A stretch of DNA of 64,000 bases from Armatimonadota bacterium (lineage in GTDB: Bacteria; Armatimonadota; UBA5829; DTJY01). The DNA lies in the NCBI GenBank assembly GCA_035528905.1, contig DATKXU010000037.1:7860-71859 (forward strand). Reading direction: 5' to 3'. Positions 63,718 through 64,000 of the stretch are shown piece after piece. The notes under the pieces were generated by a model. It worked only from the letters and a program-made list of their open reading frames with translations. It searched no databases and was not told the origin of the DNA. Made by a program: the position numbers and the translations under genes. Position 1 is the stretch's first letter. Every line of letters starts with the position of its first letter.

Positions 63718-64000
63718 TCACCTCGCCGCGGCCGCGAGTTCCGCGACTTCAGTCTGTTCCGCGAGCTGCACGATATCCTCACGCCTGCAGAATCCCGCTC
63801 CGAAAGTCATGGCATTCGCCGCACCAGCCCCTACCCCGAACCGAAGGGCCTCAGGAACCGATCCGCCGGTCGCGAGAACATGCAGAAATGCGGCAGCCAA
63901 GGCGTCGCCCGAACCGACCGCGCTCACAAACGGTATTTCCGGCGGCCGAGCCCTCCAAACCCCTTCCGACGTAGCCGCAAGCGCCCCATCCCGACCAAGC
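63718..64000 (-). CDS. PfkB/ribokinase-family carbohydrate kinase, C-terminal fragment (5' end outside window)
   Basis: The frame is open to the window end. The C-terminal motif GSGDALAAAFLHVLATGGSVPEALRFGVGAGA is ribokinase-like. Confidence 0.5.
   Translation of the reverse strand, partial: LGRDGALAATSEGVWRARPPEIPFVSAVGSGDALAAAFLHVLATGGSVPEALRFGVGAGAANAMTFGAGFCRREDIVQLAEQTEVAELAAAAR

Overview
This is a 64 kb high-GC (~60%) bacterial chromosomal segment, probably from an uncultured lineage, with densely packed genes on both strands. Note that the supplied ORF track prints GTG/TTG first codons as 'M'.

Housekeeping content: mutS-mutL in tandem, miaB, xseA-xseB, pilT, mtnP, secG plus two tatA paralogues, a GH57 branching enzyme, a pfkB-uspA-ldhA-like operon, a Lon-like protease, a TamB-like giant protein and an alpha-2-macroglobulin.

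Accessory content: a CAZyme cluster (beta-helix hydrolase, GH42, heparinase II/III-like, GHL10, several secreted hypotheticals).

Most notable observations:
- A selenocysteine-decoding trait. selA, then an HD-GYP gene, then a 97-nt tRNA-Sec(UCA) sit next to a tRNA-Ala. About 20 kb away is a C_GCAxxG_C_C family redox protein whose conserved first Cys codon is an in-frame TGA, followed by a SECIS-like hairpin. The ORF track truncates this gene. No selB or selD is present in the window.
- A single-gene KAP-family P-loop NTPase fused to six near-identical 66-bp-encoded leucine-rich repeats. It has its own consensus sigma70 promoter and sits beside a hicAB toxin-antitoxin pair inside the CAZyme cluster. 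This looks like an inserted defence or sensor module.
- A palindromic GACCGTAGAC/GTCTACGGTC element recurring in three intergenic regions.
- An in-frame repeat-bearing insertion in miaB.
- A 1404-aa fused double BadF/BcrA-type ATPase plus double HgdB-like protein.
- Several structured intergenic regions.
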